Made by a program: the position numbers and the translations under genes. Shown here in pieces: positions 10,239-19,989 of a DNA stretch of 64,000 bases. The notes beneath the pieces are model-generated. The model saw only the letters and a list, made by a program, of their open reading frames with translations, made no database searches and was not told the DNA's origin. Numbering within the stretch: position 1 is the stretch's first letter; each line of letters opens with the position of its first letter. The stretch covers positions 992,001-1,056,000 of the forward strand of contig CAWDTA010000002.1 in assembly GCA_963805085.1 (NCBI GenBank), given 5' to 3'. The DNA comes from an uncultured Veillonellaceae bacterium (lineage in GTDB: Bacteria; Bacillota; Negativicutes; JARBTT01).

Positions 10239-10590
10239 TTTCAAAACCTCCTTTATTTTTTGTGTTGATAGATCATAACTAGCAAACATTACAGTAACAT
10301 TAAGCAAGGATTAAAATCAAATTAAAAATTAGATATCTGAATGAAATATTAGCTTGATCATATTTTATAGTTTGTCCATTTAGTATAACATAAATATGGC
10401 TAACGACTTAAAAAGGATGCTAGCCATCGAAGGATATTTCAAACAGATCGGCGAATTAATTGATTAGGTACTACTTTTAACTATATGCTATTGAAATAGT
10501 AAACCAAACCAGGGCATATTTAATGGTACGAAGCCAATCTTTTTAGGTTTGGTAATAAAATTATTGATATCATTTTTAGAAGGTGAAATA

Positions 10591-11397
10591 TTGAAATTAA
10601 AAGTTTTAGTTGATAATAATACTTATATTAACCAGTACTATTGTGGTGAACCAGCGGTTTCCTATTATATCGAAGATGAAGGAACCCGCTTGCTACTGGA
10701 TGTGGGGTATTCTGATATATTTATTAAAAATTCAAAAGCTTTGGGCATTGATCTTAGAAGTATAGATACAATTGTTATCCCCCATGGTCATGATGATCAT
10801 ACGAGGGGGTTGCAATTTTACTTTGAATGAGGCCGTGAAAATAAACCAACAATAGTTGCACATCCGGAAGCTTTTGAAGAAAAATTGATCGATGAATTAA
10901 TAGTAGGGTCACCTATCTTAGCCAATGAATTAAAAACAAAATGTAAATTAAAACTTTCTAAAACGCCAATTCAAGTGAGTGAAAATATTACTTTTTTAGG
11001 CGAAATACCACAGACGAATAATTTTGAAAGCAGGAAGTGCATCGGTAAGAAGATCATTGCAGGGAAGCCAAGTGATGATTATGTAACAGATGATACGGCG
11101 ATTGTCTACAAAAATGATAAAGAAATTTATATTATGACAGGTTGTTCCCATAGTGGAATCTGTAATATTGTAGAATATGCGAAAAAAGCCTGTAATGAAA
11201 GTAATGTGCTAGGGATTATAGGTGGCTTACATATATTTGATAAATCTGAACAGCTAGATCAAACAATCGCTTATTTAAAACAATATCATATTAAAGAGTT
11301 TTACCCTTGCCATTGTACTTCTTTTTTAGCGCGAGCAGAGATTCATAAAACGATACCTATCAAGGAAGTTGGTGTAGGATTAGAAATCAATTGGTAA
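10591..11397 (+). pseudogene. MBL-fold metallo-hydrolase interrupted by an in-frame TGA at 10828-10830
   Basis: ORFs 10549-10830 and 10885-11397 are in the same frame. Read-through gives YFE*GRENKPTIVAHPEAF. Motifs HGHDDH, TGCSHSG and PCHCT are split across the stop. Confidence 0.8.
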
Positions 11398-11497
11398 GAA
11401 ATATCGATGTTTAAAAATTTATAAAAAAACAAAGAAATAGATATAGGTTAATAATCATATGTTATAACTTATTCTGCACATTATAGGAGCGGATGGT

Positions 11498-12880
11498 ATG
11501 AAACAAATCGATATGTTTATGGCAGAAAAAGCTGAAACTATAACCAACGTGTCAGCTTTACCGAAGCAATTGGAAGATCTGCCGAACATTTTCAATCTTC
11601 GTAAGAAACCTATAACCTATACCCTGCAGCAAGAAACAGCTCTTCATGAAATCGCGGCTTTTATCCAGATGAAGGATAAAGTATCCTATATCCTTGCAGG
11701 ATATGCTGGCACAGGGAAAACGACAATTGCGGAGAATGTCATGAACTATATTGAAGCCGTACATAAAGAGTGCATTATAGCTGCTCCCACAAATCAAGCT
11801 GTCAAAGTGCTAAAGGATAAGCTGGGTGGGGAGAATAACAACATAGTTTTCAAAACCTTGCATGCAACTTTATATGGTAATCCTGATGAAAGTGGGAACT
11901 GGATACCAAGTGTGACATTTACTGCAGATCATGTTCTTATAGTGGATGAAGCATCAATGATTAGCCGAGCTGTCTATACGGATTTAATAAAAGAAATTCA
12001 ACAGGCGAGAGCTAAAGTTATCTTTTTTGGCGATGATTTTCAGCTTGAACCGGTGGGCGATGATCCTAAAATTTTAAACAATAAGCACTTTGAACTTACT
12101 GAAGTTAAACGGCAAGGCGTAGGCAGTGAAATTTTGCTATATGCTACATGCCTTAGAAATCTCAAAAAAATCATCATTCCAAGTGAATCCAGAGGGGAAG
12201 TCATCCTGCTGAGTAAACAAGTCGCAGTTAGAGAATTTCTGCGATCTGTCCTTCAAAATGAAAATAGCATATTTATTGTTGGTACCAACAGGGCTAGACT
12301 TGTGCTAAACCAAAAAGCGCGGGAAGTGAAATTTGGCAAAGAAGTAGGGCAGGCTCCCCAGCATGGCGATCATATCATCTTTATTGGCAACGGTAATTTT
12401 TTTACTAACGGCGATAGGCTCACACTAGATCATCCAGACCTTATTGCGATTAAAAGCCTGCTCGTTAAAGAAACTGAAAAAGATATGCCTCGATTCATTG
12501 AAGTCTATTTACTTAGGAACAGAAATTATAAAATCATTCTTCTGCCAGCAATCGAAAAATCATCAGTTTATCACAGTCAGTTCATATCACCTGATAAATA
12601 CCTTCCCATAGATTGGTATGAAAAAAATAAATTTTCACGCAAATATGAGCTCTCTAAAGATGTTTCCATCGCAACCTACGCTTATGCCGTTACAACTCAT
12701 AAAGCGCAAGGAAGTCAATGGGAAAAAGTATTTGTCCACCAAGATGCATTCAAAAATAATCCCCGTTGGCTCTACACTTCGGTCACTCGTGCCGAAAAAA
12801 TGCTTACGGTAACAATTGAAACTAATTCGAACAAGCGAACATGGGAAGAGATTACAAAGATGGCGTATCCTGGTAATTAA
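11498..12880 (+). CDS. Superfamily 1B (RecD/Dda-like) ATP-dependent helicase
   Basis: GYAGTGKTT, VDEASM, GDDFQLEPV, LTEVKRQ, TTHKAQGSQW, YTSVTRA. Confidence 0.88.
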   Translation: MKQIDMFMAEKAETITNVSALPKQLEDLPNIFNLRKKPITYTLQQETALHEIAAFIQMKDKVSYILAGYAGTGKTTIAENVMNYIEAVHKECIIAAPTNQAVKVLKDKLGGENNNIVFKTLHATLYGNPDESGNWIPSVTFTADHVLIVDEASMISRAVYTDLIKEIQQARAKVIFFGDDFQLEPVGDDPKILNNKHFELTEVKRQGVGSEILLYATCLRNLKKIIIPSESRGEVILLSKQVAVREFLRSVLQNENSIFIVGTNRARLVLNQKAREVKFGKEVGQAPQHGDHIIFIGNGNFFTNGDRLTLDHPDLIAIKSLLVKETEKDMPRFIEVYLLRNRNYKIILLPAIEKSSVYHSQFISPDKYLPIDWYEKNKFSRKYELSKDVSIATYAYAVTTHKAQGSQWEKVFVHQDAFKNNPRWLYTSVTRAEKMLTVTIETNSNKRTWEEITKMAYPGN

Positions 12881-12952
12881 TAATATTTCAGCATATAAAA
12901 TACATGCTTCAGAGTAAGTTGTTTACTGTAAATGCGGAATACGCATGGCCCT

Positions 12953-13012
12953 AAAAAAAGCAAACAGAAAAAGCCTTCCGACGTTAGTCAGAAGGCTTTT
13001 TCTGTTTGTTCT
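12953..13012. terminator. Bidirectional intrinsic terminator
   Basis: caaacagaaaaagccttc / gaaggctttttctgtttg 18-bp stem with A/T runs on both sides. Confidence 0.85.
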
Positions 13013-13048
13013 TATAAATCTTTTTCTTAAAGGAAAGGAGTTGGGTAC
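12953..13048 (-). ncRNA. Candidate ~95-nt small RNA with a C/U-rich anti-SD-like motif
   Basis: Minus-strand TATAAT at 13060-13055, followed by GUACCCAACUCCUUUCCUUU and ending in the strong terminator; no ORF. Confidence 0.4.
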
Positions 13049-13096
13049 TTATCTATTATAATATCCTTTTCCTCCCAAAAAGACAATAGCATATTT

Positions 13097-13181
13097 TGTC
13101 GAATACAAAAAAAACACATAAATATTTTTCGACATTTGTCAGTTTACTAAAAATGATGTCGAAAAATATTTATGTTCGACA
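13097..13181. promoter_or_regulatory. Cluster of four perfect Spo0A boxes (TGTCGAA/TTCGACA)
   Basis: TGTCGAA at 13097 and 13157; TTCGACA at 13128 and 13175. Confidence 0.6.
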
Positions 13182-13223
13182 TTATTGGAGATTATGGCTA
13201 ACTTTTAAATCTAGTAAAAGTGG

Positions 13224-13955
13224 TTATGGCTTTCTTAAAAAAGATTTTAATTTTTGCACAGAAGTATTTACGACGAGGTCTTCAGGAAAGTGAAGTTTTG
13301 TGATTAATCCTTGGGAATATTGGTGATCACCAACAGCGGTGTCTACATGGGCATCGCTATTCATCACGATGCAAGCGCCGTATTTCTTGCAGAAGGTAAG
13401 CATTTTTGTATCATTGTCCCAAGCGTTTAAACGGTGTGAATCAGGACGCAAGGAACTATTGTTAAGCTCTAATAACACATGATGTTCTTTCGCGGCGAGT
13501 ACAATCGCTTCATAATCAAGTGTGTAATAGCCATCGTCAGGGTGACCAATGATGTTGACATAGGGATTTTTGATTGCGCCGATGATCGCAGCGGTGTTTT
13601 CAGTAATTGTGCCTGGATCGATGCATACATCATGCATACTGGCAATCGCATAATCAAGTTTTCCTAGCTTTTCTTCAGGGAGATCTATTGTGCCGTTGTA
13701 GTCCATAATATTTAGTTCTGAACCCAATAGTAATTCAACACCATAAGCGTTTCTGTCTACTGCGCGGAGATTACCAAAGTAAAATTCATGACAAGTTCCT
13801 GGCATGGAAGGCGCATGCTCAGTAATACCTAATAATTCAAGTCCTTTATCAGCAGCAGACAATGCCATTTCTTTTAATGTGTTATACGCATGGCCACTCA
13901 CGATGGTGTGAGTGTGCACGTCTAAAATATCTTTCAATATAAAACCTGCTTTCAT
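13224..13955 (-). CDS. PHP-domain phosphatase (YcdX-like)
   Basis: DVHTHT, ITEH, GHPD, ELNNSS and NSDAH metal-ligand motifs. Confidence 0.9.
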   Translation of the reverse strand: MKAGFILKDILDVHTHTIVSGHAYNTLKEMALSAADKGLELLGITEHAPSMPGTCHEFYFGNLRAVDRNAYGVELLLGSELNIMDYNGTIDLPEEKLGKLDYAIASMHDVCIDPGTITENTAAIIGAIKNPYVNIIGHPDDGYYTLDYEAIVLAAKEHHVLLELNNSSLRPDSHRLNAWDNDTKMLTFCKKYGACIVMNSDAHVDTAVGDHQYSQGLITKLHFPEDLVVNTSVQKLKSFLRKP

Positions 13956-14379
13956 GTTTCAATATGCTTTAATTGTATACCAATTTGGGAGGAAAGTGAA
14001 GTTCAGGAGGTATGATTTCCTATTTTGAGTATATTCTGAAATTTTGTCACGGGATTTTTTGTGCTTTGTTGTTTCTTTTGAAACAACGTTCCTAAAGAGA
14101 GCAAGTCTATTGAAGATTATTAGAATGTTTGGTTTCAGATCTTGCACATATTTTATTTTGATTGTGATATAAATTTCTTAGAGGGGATAAAGAAAATGAG
14201 TGCCTTTTTGTTTGCTGTATTGTGATTTTAAAAGCCTTTCGGTATAATATTCATGTAGATGCCTTATTTGAGGAAGACAGTGTAGTAGGAAGATTATGGA
14301 AAAAAATTAATGATTGTAATTTTTGATAAAATACCGATAAAAACACCGAAAATGATACAAGAAAAGGAGACGGCAATGC

Positions 14380-14808
14380 GTGGAAGAAACGAAGTATTTG
14401 AGTCTTGATATTGGCAGGGCAGCACTGAAAATCGCTGTGACAGCGAGTCGTGATGAAGAAAATGATGTCAAAAGTAGGCTTGCAGAGCAAGACATCACAG
14501 CTACAGCGGTTGATTTTGGCGGTGAATTTATTCACTCAATCGTGAAGATCGTTGAACGTGCAGTGGTCGCGGCGCAACGGCAAGGCTTAGTGCCGGATAA
14601 TCATATTGGTGCTGGGGCAGTAGCTGGAGCGACCAGCGCGGCCTTAGAACAGGTGAAAAATAAGGCGATGGGCTTTAATGTCGGTGGGAAAATCGGGATT
14701 GCCCGCTATGGTGAACATTTATGCGTCGCGATTTACATGGGCGTTGGTGTACTGAATTTAAATGAAATGTGTGTCGGATTGGCGCATCGTTCGATTTATA
14801 AAGCATAA
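14380..14808 (+). CDS. hutP: HutP-family RNA-binding antiterminator (divergent clostridial type)
   Basis: IGRAALKIA, AVDFGG, ERAVVAA, GGKIGIAR and GLAHRSI pattern of the HutP family; no hut genes nearby. Confidence 0.75.
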   Translation: MEETKYLSLDIGRAALKIAVTASRDEENDVKSRLAEQDITATAVDFGGEFIHSIVKIVERAVVAAQRQGLVPDNHIGAGAVAGATSAALEQVKNKAMGFNVGGKIGIARYGEHLCVAIYMGVGVLNLNEMCVGLAHRSIYKA

Positions 14809-14814
14809 GTAGAT

Positions 14815-14856
14815 AGGGATATTGCAAAGAAAACTTTGTGATATTCCTTATTTTTA
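14815..14856 (+). terminator. Terminator directly after hutP
   Basis: agggatattgcaaag-aaaa-ctttgtgatattcct stem (15 bp including G-U pairs) plus T-run. Confidence 0.65.
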
Positions 14857-14993
14857 TAGTTTCGAGTAGTACTCTGGTAAAGACTTCGATTGACGATGAT
14901 TAGGAAAATAATCTATAATAATTATTATGAAGTAGGTTATCGGAAAGATTATCTTTTATATTAAAGATTTTGGGGAGAAAGGAGTGGAGTAGT

Positions 14994-15917
14994 TTGAATT
15001 TAAGAATAGCAGCGGCTGGCAGTAACCAGTTGAATGCTGAGGAAGTCTTAGGGGCGGCAAAAATGATTATCGGTGATACCGCGAGCTTTACCACTGTGAT
15101 TACGGATGAAATTGTCAATGCTACGAGTGCGGATTTATTCATTTGCGCGGCGACACAGTCAGAAGCATTGGCTAAAGTTGTACCAAGAAATAAGATTATC
15201 GTTCTTGATTTGATGCCAACGTCGCAGTTTTTTGTTCAGGTGGCACGTATTCCTGCTCACGAAGATGTGTATATCTTTAATTCCAATTTACGCTATCCAG
15301 CGCGATTAGCAAAAGCGTGTAGAAAATTGGGGATAGAAGCGAAATTTAGCTTTATCGGCTATGAGGATATGCAAAAAGAGGAAGTCATTGCAGCCTTGAA
15401 ATCGGCAAAATATATTATCGGTATTGCAAAATTGGTGGGGAAAACGGTATTGTTATCGGAGGAATATGCGCCATATCTACGTAAGGATGTTGTGATTATC
15501 GGCAGCACGCGTGTCGCATCGATGCAGTCAGCATGTATGTTGATTCAATGGGTAGCATCGTATTTTCATCAATCGATTTCCGAGCAGGTTTCAACCTTGA
15601 CGAATAAATTGAAATCGTCGGTAGTTAGTTCCAAGGAAAGTGATTACGCTCATAATTTAGCAAGCGTTGCGCATGACCTAGAAGAGCTGATGGCAGAAAA
15701 TAACCATTCCATGCTGACGATGCATGATGTGGTAATGCAATCCTTTGCAAATCAGATTTCACCGGATATTATGATGTTTGATCATGGGCATCAACCTAAA
15801 TTGCCAGCGCAGGACAAGCCGGAGCAAGGTCATTCTTCGAGTAATGAAATCGTAAAAACGTTAGAGAATATCAATTGTTTAAGTGAAAAGTTAACGAATC
15901 TTTCTTGTCAAATATAA
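14994..15917 (+). CDS. Hypothetical protein (alpha/beta N-terminal region, helical C-terminus)
   Basis: Long ORF with typical composition; TTG start after a GGAG RBS; no recognisable motif. Confidence 0.7.
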   Translation: MNLRIAAAGSNQLNAEEVLGAAKMIIGDTASFTTVITDEIVNATSADLFICAATQSEALAKVVPRNKIIVLDLMPTSQFFVQVARIPAHEDVYIFNSNLRYPARLAKACRKLGIEAKFSFIGYEDMQKEEVIAALKSAKYIIGIAKLVGKTVLLSEEYAPYLRKDVVIIGSTRVASMQSACMLIQWVASYFHQSISEQVSTLTNKLKSSVVSSKESDYAHNLASVAHDLEELMAENNHSMLTMHDVVMQSFANQISPDIMMFDHGHQPKLPAQDKPEQGHSSSNEIVKTLENINCLSEKLTNLSCQI

Positions 15918-15958
15918 AAGGTCGCAGGTACTAGCAAAAGCTATTACTTGCGACCTTT
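15917..15958. terminator. Terminator between convergent genes
   Basis: aaaggtcgcaggta..tagc / gcta..tacttgcgaccttt. Confidence 0.75.
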
Positions 15959-15965
15959 GTTGTTC

Positions 15966-16841
15966 TTAAATTGCATATGATGTCTTGATAAAATCACATA
16001 ATGTTTGAGCGGCATGGGAGAGATGTTTATTTTTTTTGTGGGCTAGGCAAATAGAAACAGTGAGTGGCGGTCTCAGTGGGATACCAACAAAATTATTGTC
16101 ATTTTCGATGGCCTCTGTCGGTAAAATGGCAATGCCAGCGCCGCAAACGATGAATCGCTTTATTGTTTGAATTGCATTTGACTCAAAACTGATATATGGT
16201 TTGATTTCAGCCTTTTCGAATTCAGCTAAGATAATATTATGTATCGGACAGTCCTCTTTGAAGAGGATAAAACATTCATGTTGCAGAGAAATAAGTGGCA
16301 AGTTTTCTTTCCCTTTTAGCATGTGATAAGAGGGGAGACAAGCCACAAGTTCTTGCTTCCCTAATTCGATTGTCTCTAGCATATCAAGATTTCCATTTGC
16401 AATAATTAACCCCAGATCTATTTTATCTTCTTCAAGCTGCTTTTGAATATTAGTAGAGCCTTCTTCGATAAAGACTAAGTTTAGGGAAGGATAAAGATTG
16501 CGGAATTTTGCCAGTAAAAAGGATAATACAGAGACACCGGTCACTGGTGATATACCGATCGTAATCGTACCACTATTGAGATTTTTGAGCTCCGTTACCT
16601 TCGTAATTGCCTTGGACACATCATTCATAATAATTTCAATATGATTAAAAAAAACGCGCCCTTCTGCTGTCAAAATTGCATTTTTCTTATTGCGGATAAA
16701 TAGTTGAATGCCAAGTTCTTCTTCTAGTCTCTTAATGGCTGTGGTCACACCTGGTTGTGAAATGTAGAGTTGTTCTGCAGCAAGCGTAAAACTTTTTAGC
16801 TTGCTTACCATGAGAAAGCATTCTAACTGTTTTAATTCCAT
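15966..16841 (-). CDS. LysR-family transcriptional regulator
   Basis: MELKQLECF..SFTLAAEQLYISQPGVT HTH; divergent from the dcuC/amidohydrolase operon. Confidence 0.93.
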   Translation of the reverse strand: MELKQLECFLMVSKLKSFTLAAEQLYISQPGVTTAIKRLEEELGIQLFIRNKKNAILTAEGRVFFNHIEIIMNDVSKAITKVTELKNLNSGTITIGISPVTGVSVLSFLLAKFRNLYPSLNLVFIEEGSTNIQKQLEEDKIDLGLIIANGNLDMLETIELGKQELVACLPSYHMLKGKENLPLISLQHECFILFKEDCPIHNIILAEFEKAEIKPYISFESNAIQTIKRFIVCGAGIAILPTEAIENDNNFVGIPLRPPLTVSICLAHKKNKHLSHAAQTLCDFIKTSYAI

Positions 16842-17173
16842 AATTATTACTCCGTTAATCAAAAAGTGAAACTTAGTACCCAAAAGTAATACAAATCAAA
16901 ATATATATAACTTATTATAGCATAAGTTGATGAAAAATTTTAAAAAAATTAGGATGTATACTGTTCAAATTACAGCTGGTTATTCTAGCATAAGAATATC
17001 ATATATGAAATAGAGCGTAACATGATAAAATGTAGGAGAAATATTAACATTTTAAAATTATAAATTTACAGCGTGGTAACATAGTAAAAAGCTTTTCAGT
17101 AGAGAAAATTTTCAGCTATGATGGTTTTGCATGTGGAATGTTTCGCAAATTATTTGAAGGGGAGGTCATTTTT

Positions 17174-18427
17174 ATGATGACATGGTTTGGGGTAGCTATG
17201 GTAGTGGCTACCATCTATTTCTTGCTAAAACGTTATGATTCTCGTTTGGTATTATTAGCTTCTGGTATTATTATGGCTTGCGTCGCTGGTACGCCAATGG
17301 TCGCGTTTGATGCTTTTTCTAAAAATATGACAAATGGCGGTCTCATCGAAGCAGTTTGTTCGGTAATGGGTTTTGCACTCGTTATGAAGTTTACGGAATG
17401 TGACAAGCATTTAATCAACCTAGTTGCAGGTTTGCTAAGCAAAGTGCGTCCGATCTTAATTCCTGGTGCTGTTATTGGTACCTTTGCGATCAACATTGCA
17501 CTTCCTAGTGCAGCAGGCACTGCTGCGGCTGTTGGTGCCATTTTCATTCCGGTAATGATGTCTGCTGGTGTCCATCCAGCAATGGCGGCTGCCGCGGTAA
17601 AATCAGGTACATATGGTAGTATGCTGAGCCCCGGCTTATCACATAATCCTTTTGTTGCTAAAATTGCTGGCATAGGCGTAATGGATGTTATCTCAGTTCA
17701 CTATAAAGCTGATATTGCATCTGTTGTTATTGCTGCGATTGCATTGTTTTTTTTAGGTTATGTACTGAAGGAAAATAAAGGCCATAAAGCAGAAGGCCTT
17801 GAAGCGGACAACAATTTCGAAGTCAATTTCTTATATGCTATCGTACCAGTATTGCCAATTGTTATGCTCTTATTGGGTTCAACAGGCGTGGCACCAGCAT
17901 TCAAAATGGGTGTACCACCAGCAATGGTGATCGGAGCAATCATTGCATTGTTAGTAACAAGAAAAAATCCAGTAGGCTTAACGAAGTCTTTCTTTGATGG
18001 TATGGGACAAGCGTATGCATCCATCATGGGGATTATTATTGCGGCTGGGGTATTTGTATCTGGAATGGAAGCAATGGGCTTGGTAAAAGCCTTCATCGCT
18101 ACAATGCTAAATTCACCAGGTATCGTAAAACTTTGTGCAGCAGTTGGTCCATTTGTACTTGGAATCATCTGTGGCTCGGGTGATGCTGCTGCTTTTGCGT
18201 TCAATGAAGCAGTAACACCACATGCCGCAGACTTTGGTTTAACCCCAGCACAAATGGGTAGTATGGCAACTCTAGGTGGTGCGCTTGGTAGAACGATGTC
18301 ACCAATCACGGGCGCAACCATCATCTGTGCAGGTATTGCCGGAGTAAATCCAATGGAAGTTGCCAAACGTAACTCCCTTGGCATGGTTTGTGCCATGATC
18401 GTTGCAATGTTACTTCTTTTATATTAA
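17174..18427 (+). CDS. DcuC-family C4-dicarboxylate/ion transporter
   Basis: Highly hydrophobic; GSGDAAAFAF and LGRTMSPITGATIICAG motifs of the DcuC/DcuD family; ATG after GGAGG. Confidence 0.82.
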   Translation: MMTWFGVAMVVATIYFLLKRYDSRLVLLASGIIMACVAGTPMVAFDAFSKNMTNGGLIEAVCSVMGFALVMKFTECDKHLINLVAGLLSKVRPILIPGAVIGTFAINIALPSAAGTAAAVGAIFIPVMMSAGVHPAMAAAAVKSGTYGSMLSPGLSHNPFVAKIAGIGVMDVISVHYKADIASVVIAAIALFFLGYVLKENKGHKAEGLEADNNFEVNFLYAIVPVLPIVMLLLGSTGVAPAFKMGVPPAMVIGAIIALLVTRKNPVGLTKSFFDGMGQAYASIMGIIIAAGVFVSGMEAMGLVKAFIATMLNSPGIVKLCAAVGPFVLGIICGSGDAAAFAFNEAVTPHAADFGLTPAQMGSMATLGGALGRTMSPITGATIICAGIAGVNPMEVAKRNSLGMVCAMIVAMLLLLY

Positions 18428-18545
18428 TCTGAACGGTAAAATTCATAGTTAAGATAAAAGAGAAGAGGCTGTTGCAGGGATACTGTAACAGCCTCTTCGT
18501 ATAAAACTTAAAAATAATGGTTTGTTTTTGAAGGAGAGTTTAGCT

Positions 18546-19859
18546 ATGTTCGATCAAAAAATTATAAATTTAGCAGAAAACTTAAAAGGAATTACGATTG
18601 AGCGTCGTCGTGATTTACATCAATATCCAGAGGCTGCTTGGACGGAATTTCGCACAGCTGCTTTTGTAGCGGATATGCTTACAGAATTAGGTTACGAAGT
18701 TAGCGTTGGCGCAGATACGATTGCTGAAGCTGGTATGATGGGGGTTCCAACAAATACGGTATTAGCAGAGCATATGGAACGTGCAATAGCGCAAGGGGCA
18801 AATCCTAATTGGGTGGAAAAGATGGCGGGTGGTAAAACTGGAGTTGTCGGCGTTTTAAAATTTGCCAAGCCCGGCCCAGTCGTAGGTCTTCGTTTTGATA
18901 TGGATGCCAATGATGCAATTGAAGCAACAGAGAAAAAGCATCGTCCAGCAAAAGACGGTTTCTGTTCTATAAATCAAGGCGCAATGCATGCTTGCGGGCA
19001 TGATGGGCACACTTCCGTGGGCTTAGCAGTTGCGGAAATACTAATGAAGTTAAAAGATGAGCTTGCTGGCAGCGTAAAATTGATCTTTCAGCCAGCTGAA
19101 GAAGGTGTTCGCGGGGCCAAGGCAATGGTAGAAAAAGGCATTGTTGATGATGTAGAGTATATGTTAGGGGCGCATTTTGGGTTTCAAATGAAAAAGACGG
19201 GGCAACTTGCTTGTAATGTAACTGGTTTCTTAGCGACAAGTAAATACGACGCTGAGTTTACTGGTTTACCGGCACATGCTGGAGCAGCGCCAGAAACAGG
19301 TAAAAATGCCTTGCTTGCAGCCGCAGTTGCCGCTGTCAATTTGCATGCGATTTCTCGGCATAGTGATGGCGTCTCTCGTATCAATGTTGGGATATTAAAT
19401 GCAGGTAGCGGGCGGAATGTCATCCCAGCAAATGCGGTGATTAAACTAGAAACCCGTGGCGCAACCAGTAAAATCAATCATTATATGATTGCGGAAGCAA
19501 CTAAAGTGATTAAAGCTGCGGCAATGATGTATGATGTTGAAGTGGAAATCACGGAAATGGGTGGTGCCGCTGGCGGAAATAATTCAGTGAAACTGGCGGA
19601 TACCATAACAAAAACAGCGGAGCGTCTTGGGATCTTTGAAGAAATCGTACCAATTTGTAACTTTGGCGCAAGTGAAGATTTTTCTTATTTCATGGAGAGG
19701 GTTCAAGAAAAAGGCGGGCAGGCCGCCTATATGATGATTGGGGCGGATTTAGCTGCAGGACATCATGATTCTTATTTTGACTTTGATGAAAGAGCCCTCA
19801 ATCTCGCAACGAAAATGATTGCGACAGCAGCGATAGATTTATTAACCAAAGAAAAATAA
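18546..19859 (+). CDS. M20D amidohydrolase (AbgA, p-aminobenzoyl-glutamate hydrolase subunit A-like)
   Basis: RRDLHQYPE, RFDMDA, MHACGHDGH, FQPAEEG, SEDF, GHH. Confidence 0.88.
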   Translation: MFDQKIINLAENLKGITIERRRDLHQYPEAAWTEFRTAAFVADMLTELGYEVSVGADTIAEAGMMGVPTNTVLAEHMERAIAQGANPNWVEKMAGGKTGVVGVLKFAKPGPVVGLRFDMDANDAIEATEKKHRPAKDGFCSINQGAMHACGHDGHTSVGLAVAEILMKLKDELAGSVKLIFQPAEEGVRGAKAMVEKGIVDDVEYMLGAHFGFQMKKTGQLACNVTGFLATSKYDAEFTGLPAHAGAAPETGKNALLAAAVAAVNLHAISRHSDGVSRINVGILNAGSGRNVIPANAVIKLETRGATSKINHYMIAEATKVIKAAAMMYDVEVEITEMGGAAGGNNSVKLADTITKTAERLGIFEEIVPICNFGASEDFSYFMERVQEKGGQAAYMMIGADLAAGHHDSYFDFDERALNLATKMIATAAIDLLTKEK

Positions 19860-19881
19860 GTGATACTCAACTGCATATAAA

Positions 19882-19984
19882 CACCATAAAATAAAGTATT
19901 ATATCACGCTGAAACACAGTTTTTGGGTATGCCATTGATTGTGTTTGGCGGATTATAAATTCTTATTTTATGGTGCTATTTTTT
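19882..19984 (+). terminator. Long imperfect hairpin / terminator
   Basis: caccataaaataa...ttattttatggtg outer stem with inner cgctgaaacaca/tgtgtttggcg, followed by a T-run. Confidence 0.55.
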
Positions 19985-19989
19985 AATTG

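Noticed and set aside
10828-10830. In-frame TGA read as selenocysteine
   Set aside because: It lies in a variable linker outside the metal-binding motifs, I see no convincing SECIS-like hairpin, and neighbouring motifs are also degenerate. A nonsense mutation or sequencing error is more likely.
13096-13293. 65-aa plus-strand ORF
   Set aside because: No RBS, it overlaps the PHP gene end, and it covers the Spo0A-box cluster; likely spurious.
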